Part shown: positions 44,489 to 46,430 of the stretch, in pieces | How positions within the stretch are numbered: the first letter of the stretch is position 1 | How the letters are laid out: each line of letters opens with the position of its first letter | Assembly: GCA_052035195.1 (NCBI GenBank) | Contig: JBPOHU010000006.1 | Coordinates: 1 to 46,430 of the forward strand | Reading direction: 5' to 3' | Length of the DNA stretch: 46,430 nucleotides | Source: Candidatus Nomurabacteria bacterium | GTDB lineage: Bacteria > Patescibacteriota > Minisyncoccia > Phycocordibacterales > UBA9973 | Notes under the pieces: model-generated | Databases searched by the model: none | Seen by the model: the letters and a program-made list of their open reading frames with translations, nothing else | Told to the model about the DNA's origin: nothing | Position numbers and translations under genes: made by a program

Positions 44489-44525
44489 CAAAAAAACCTC
44501 TCGCAATAAAGCGAGAGGTTTTTTG
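44489..44525. terminator. Bidirectional terminator after the PG-binding protein gene
   Basis: acctctcgc-aataaa-gcgagaggt flanked by an A-run and a T-run. Confidence 0.7.
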
Positions 44526-44531
44526 TAAAAA

Positions 44532-45029
44532 TTATTGTTGAATATCAGAAGTCATAGTCGCAACTTCTTTTTCGATAGCTGCTCGAGTAGCAGGACCAAC
44601 AAGAGTTCCGTCACCTTTGATTCCTTTTTCTGCTTGGAATTTCTTTACAGCGGCAATGGTTTGCGCACCGTATTTTCCAGTTGGATCTGCTTCTAAATAG
44701 CCTTTAGCTATAAGAAATAGTTGAAGCTTTTTTACTTCATCACTTTTGTCCATACCACGCTTTATTGGTTTTGAAACAATAGCTGAAGAACCTTCTGAAT
44801 ATCTAAGTCCTTTAACCAAAGTTTTACCTGCTTCTGCTGTAATAGCAGTTTTCTTTTGCATGGTTGTCATACCTCTACCATCAGTTGATGCTCCAAGTAC
44901 TGAAGGAGCTGAATATGCCTCTTTTTTATATAGAGAGTGCTGTGTAAGCACGTCTCCAAGAGTCATCGCAGAACTAATAGTCGGGAGAACCAAGATTCCA
45001 AGTGCAATTAAAAATGATATTTTTTTCAT
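44532..45029 (-). CDS. Secreted peptidoglycan-binding-domain protein
   Basis: Signal peptide MKKISFLIALGILVLPTISSA. The C-terminal PG_binding_1 pattern is VKKLQLFLIAKGYL...GKYGAQTIAAVKKFQAEKGIKGDGTLVGPATRAAI. Confidence 0.75.
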   Translation of the reverse strand: MKKISFLIALGILVLPTISSAMTLGDVLTQHSLYKKEAYSAPSVLGASTDGRGMTTMQKKTAITAEAGKTLVKGLRYSEGSSAIVSKPIKRGMDKSDEVKKLQLFLIAKGYLEADPTGKYGAQTIAAVKKFQAEKGIKGDGTLVGPATRAAIEKEVATMTSDIQQ

Positions 45030-45066
45030 ATTACTATTATATACTATAAATAATTATTTGTCAATA

Positions 45067-46430
45067 CTACTGTACTGTTACCCCAAAATCGTCCCATTTT
45101 ATACCGGTCATTGGGAATCCGTTACCAGTAATTATACCAGTAGAACCCGCCTGAGAGAAAGTGCTATCTGTAACTGAAATTACAGGAGATCCATTCCAAA
45201 GAGCACTGATAGAAGCCCCGTTCATAGCTAATCCAATACTGTATTCAATTCCCGTAGTGATAGTCGTTTGATAGGTACCAAGTAGAGTCCATTGACCTGA
45301 ATCTCTTTTGTACAAAGTTACCATTTGATCATACGGCTCTATAAATACCATATAGCCACTTGAATCAGTTGATCCAAAATCTGATCTTCTTCCTGAGATA
45401 CCTGCGTACATTATATCTGCTCTAGAAGAGAATGAGACTTTTGATTGAACTGTATAGTTTGCAGAAGTAAGACCGCTAGTAGTATAAAGAGAAGAAACTT
45501 CAGTATCGTTTGTACTAAGCAAAACTTTGTTTCCATTAATTGTAAAATCACTTGCTCCATATCTTTCAGACCAAGAAGAGCCTATTGTTGTACTGTTAGC
45601 TCTGTTGAAGTTATCTGTAAAACCAGAAACAGTACCCCCAACGCTTCCCCCTCCTGTACCTGCAACTCCATCTGTTCTAAATGTATAAGCTCGTCCATTT
45701 GTTGCAGGGTTTGTATTATCTGTTGTAGATAAGTACAAAGCTTCATATCCAAATTCATCCATCCAATGACTAAATCTTCCAAGACCTACTGTTTCTATTT
45801 GACCATGATCAGCGTGAGACTGAGCGAGCTCTACTCCATTTTCAAATACTCGTAGAGTTGATCTAAGAGGACTTGAAACAATGTCTGCCGGAGTACCAAA
45901 GTTTTGGCTAACACGATATGAGAAGCCAGCATCATTAATAGCATTTGCTACAAGAATAGGACTTCCGTTACTTGTAACTGTTGCTGGATTAACAGTTATT
46001 ATAACCGCATCAGCATTTGTTGATCCTCCGTTGTCTGTAACAGTGAGCCAGAATGAATATGTACCTTGAACCAATCCTGTAACAGTAGTTGTTGCAGAAG
46101 AAGGAGAAGTAATAGTTGCTGATCCTCCTGACACCTTAGTCCATGCATATGAAGCAATAGACCCTCCAACATCTGTACCTGAGCCTGTGAGGGTAACTGA
46201 AGATGTTGGGAGGGTGATGGTTTGGTCTGCTCCAGCATTTGCCGTTGGTGCAGTGTTAGTAGTAGAAGCAGTAGTCACAGAAACAGCAGTTGATTGTGTA
46301 GATACATTTCCTGCTGCGTCATATGCAGAGACAGTGAATGAATATGTAGTAGAAGCAGTTAATCCTGTAGCTGTGTATGAAGGAGTTGCGGTAGTAGCTA
46401 TTTGAGTACCGTTTCTAAATACTCTATATC
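45067..46430 (-). CDS. Large surface protein (FN3 + PKD/Ig-like + C-terminal lectin/LamG-like domain); N-terminus cut by the window edge
   Basis: The frame stays open upstream of the track's GTG start to the window edge. Manual translation of 46428-46279 gives YRVFRNGTQIATTATPSYTATGLTASTTYSFTVSAYDAAGNVSTQS (FN3 signature). This is followed by ANAGADQTITLPTSSVTLTGSGTD...YAWTKVSGG...TYSFWLTVTDNGG (PKD-like). Confidence 0.75.
   Translation of the reverse strand, partial: YRVFRNGTQIATTATPSYTATGLTASTTYSFTVSAYDAAGNVSTQSTAVSVTTASTTNTAPTANAGADQTITLPTSSVTLTGSGTDVGGSIASYAWTKVSGGSATITSPSSATTTVTGLVQGTYSFWLTVTDNGGSTNADAVIITVNPATVTSNGSPILVANAINDAGFSYRVSQNFGTPADIVSSPLRSTLRVFENGVELAQSHADHGQIETVGLGRFSHWMDEFGYEALYLSTTDNTNPATNGRAYTFRTDGVAGTGGGSVGGTVSGFTDNFNRANSTTIGSSWSERYGASDFTINGNKVLLSTNDTEVSSLYTTSGLTSANYTVQSKVSFSSRADIMYAGISGRRSDFGSTDSSGYMVFIEPYDQMVTLYKRDSGQWTLLGTYQTTITTGIEYSIGLAMNGASISALWNGSPVISVTDSTFSQAGSTGIITGNGFPMTGIKWDDFGVTVQ

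Noticed and set aside
45445-46405. Alternative-frame ORFs inside the surface-protein gene (45445-45732 +, 45999-46238 -, 46187-46405 +).
   Set aside because: They overlap a frame with clear FN3 and PKD domain signatures and have repetitive Q/L- or C/S-rich composition typical of off-frame translation of repeat-rich genes.
1-46430. Possible alternative genetic code (UGA as Gly, as in some CPR lineages).
   Set aside because: dnaG terminates at a TGA at the expected C-terminus. The long conserved genes (rpoB, rpoC, pyrG, rnj) have no in-frame TGA, and a complete RF2 with the SPF motif is encoded. The standard code 11 therefore applies.
1-46430. CRISPR arrays, rRNA genes, diversity-generating retroelement parts (RT, TR/VR pairs), and prophage blocks.
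   Set aside because: I saw no regularly spaced direct repeats, rRNA-like conserved stretches, reverse transcriptase ORF or phage structural or lysis gene cluster while reading both strands.

Overview
AT-rich, gene-dense bacterial chromosome segment with about 45 protein genes and 2 tRNAs, almost all on the minus strand. TGA is used as a stop (for example at the end of dnaG) and an RF2 gene is present, so the standard bacterial code applies. The Lys-rich sigma-70 N-terminus, a DUF5667-type anti-sigma protein, small housekeeping proteins, tRNA-led operons and giant surface proteins suggest a streamlined CPR/Patescibacteria (Parcubacteria-like) genome; this is inference only. The core blocks are rpoB-rpoC-dnaG-rpoD (one contiguous run), rpsP-KH-trmD, rnr, secG-SBP-rnj, and tRNA-Thr-prfB-ftsE-ftsX-pyrG-pyrD. 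A redox/sulfur-stress block spans 28.2-33.6 kb: an ECF sigma with an anti-sigma protein carrying a cytochrome-b5-like domain, then ArsR-glutaredoxin-rhodanese-membrane protein-cupin, then DUF1801, PNPOx-like and DUF2892 genes. The most unusual region is 34.6-38.2 kb. There a tRNA-Gln with its own promoter leads a tightly packed co-directional cassette: a Doc-type Fic protein with extra domains, a CYTH protein, a SET-domain methyltransferase, a guanine-deaminase-like protein and an EEP nuclease/phosphatase. Inside it, a 67-nt direct repeat shows that the SET and deaminase genes were inserted as a unit. Both window edges cut through large secreted repeat proteins that the ORF track misses or truncates. 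Several non-coding oddities are reported: long inverted repeats in operon spacers, a tRNA whose 3' end abuts the prfB start codon, and a perfect 12-6-12 operator on a leaderless arsR-like promoter. I saw no CRISPR array, rRNA, intact transposase or integrase.
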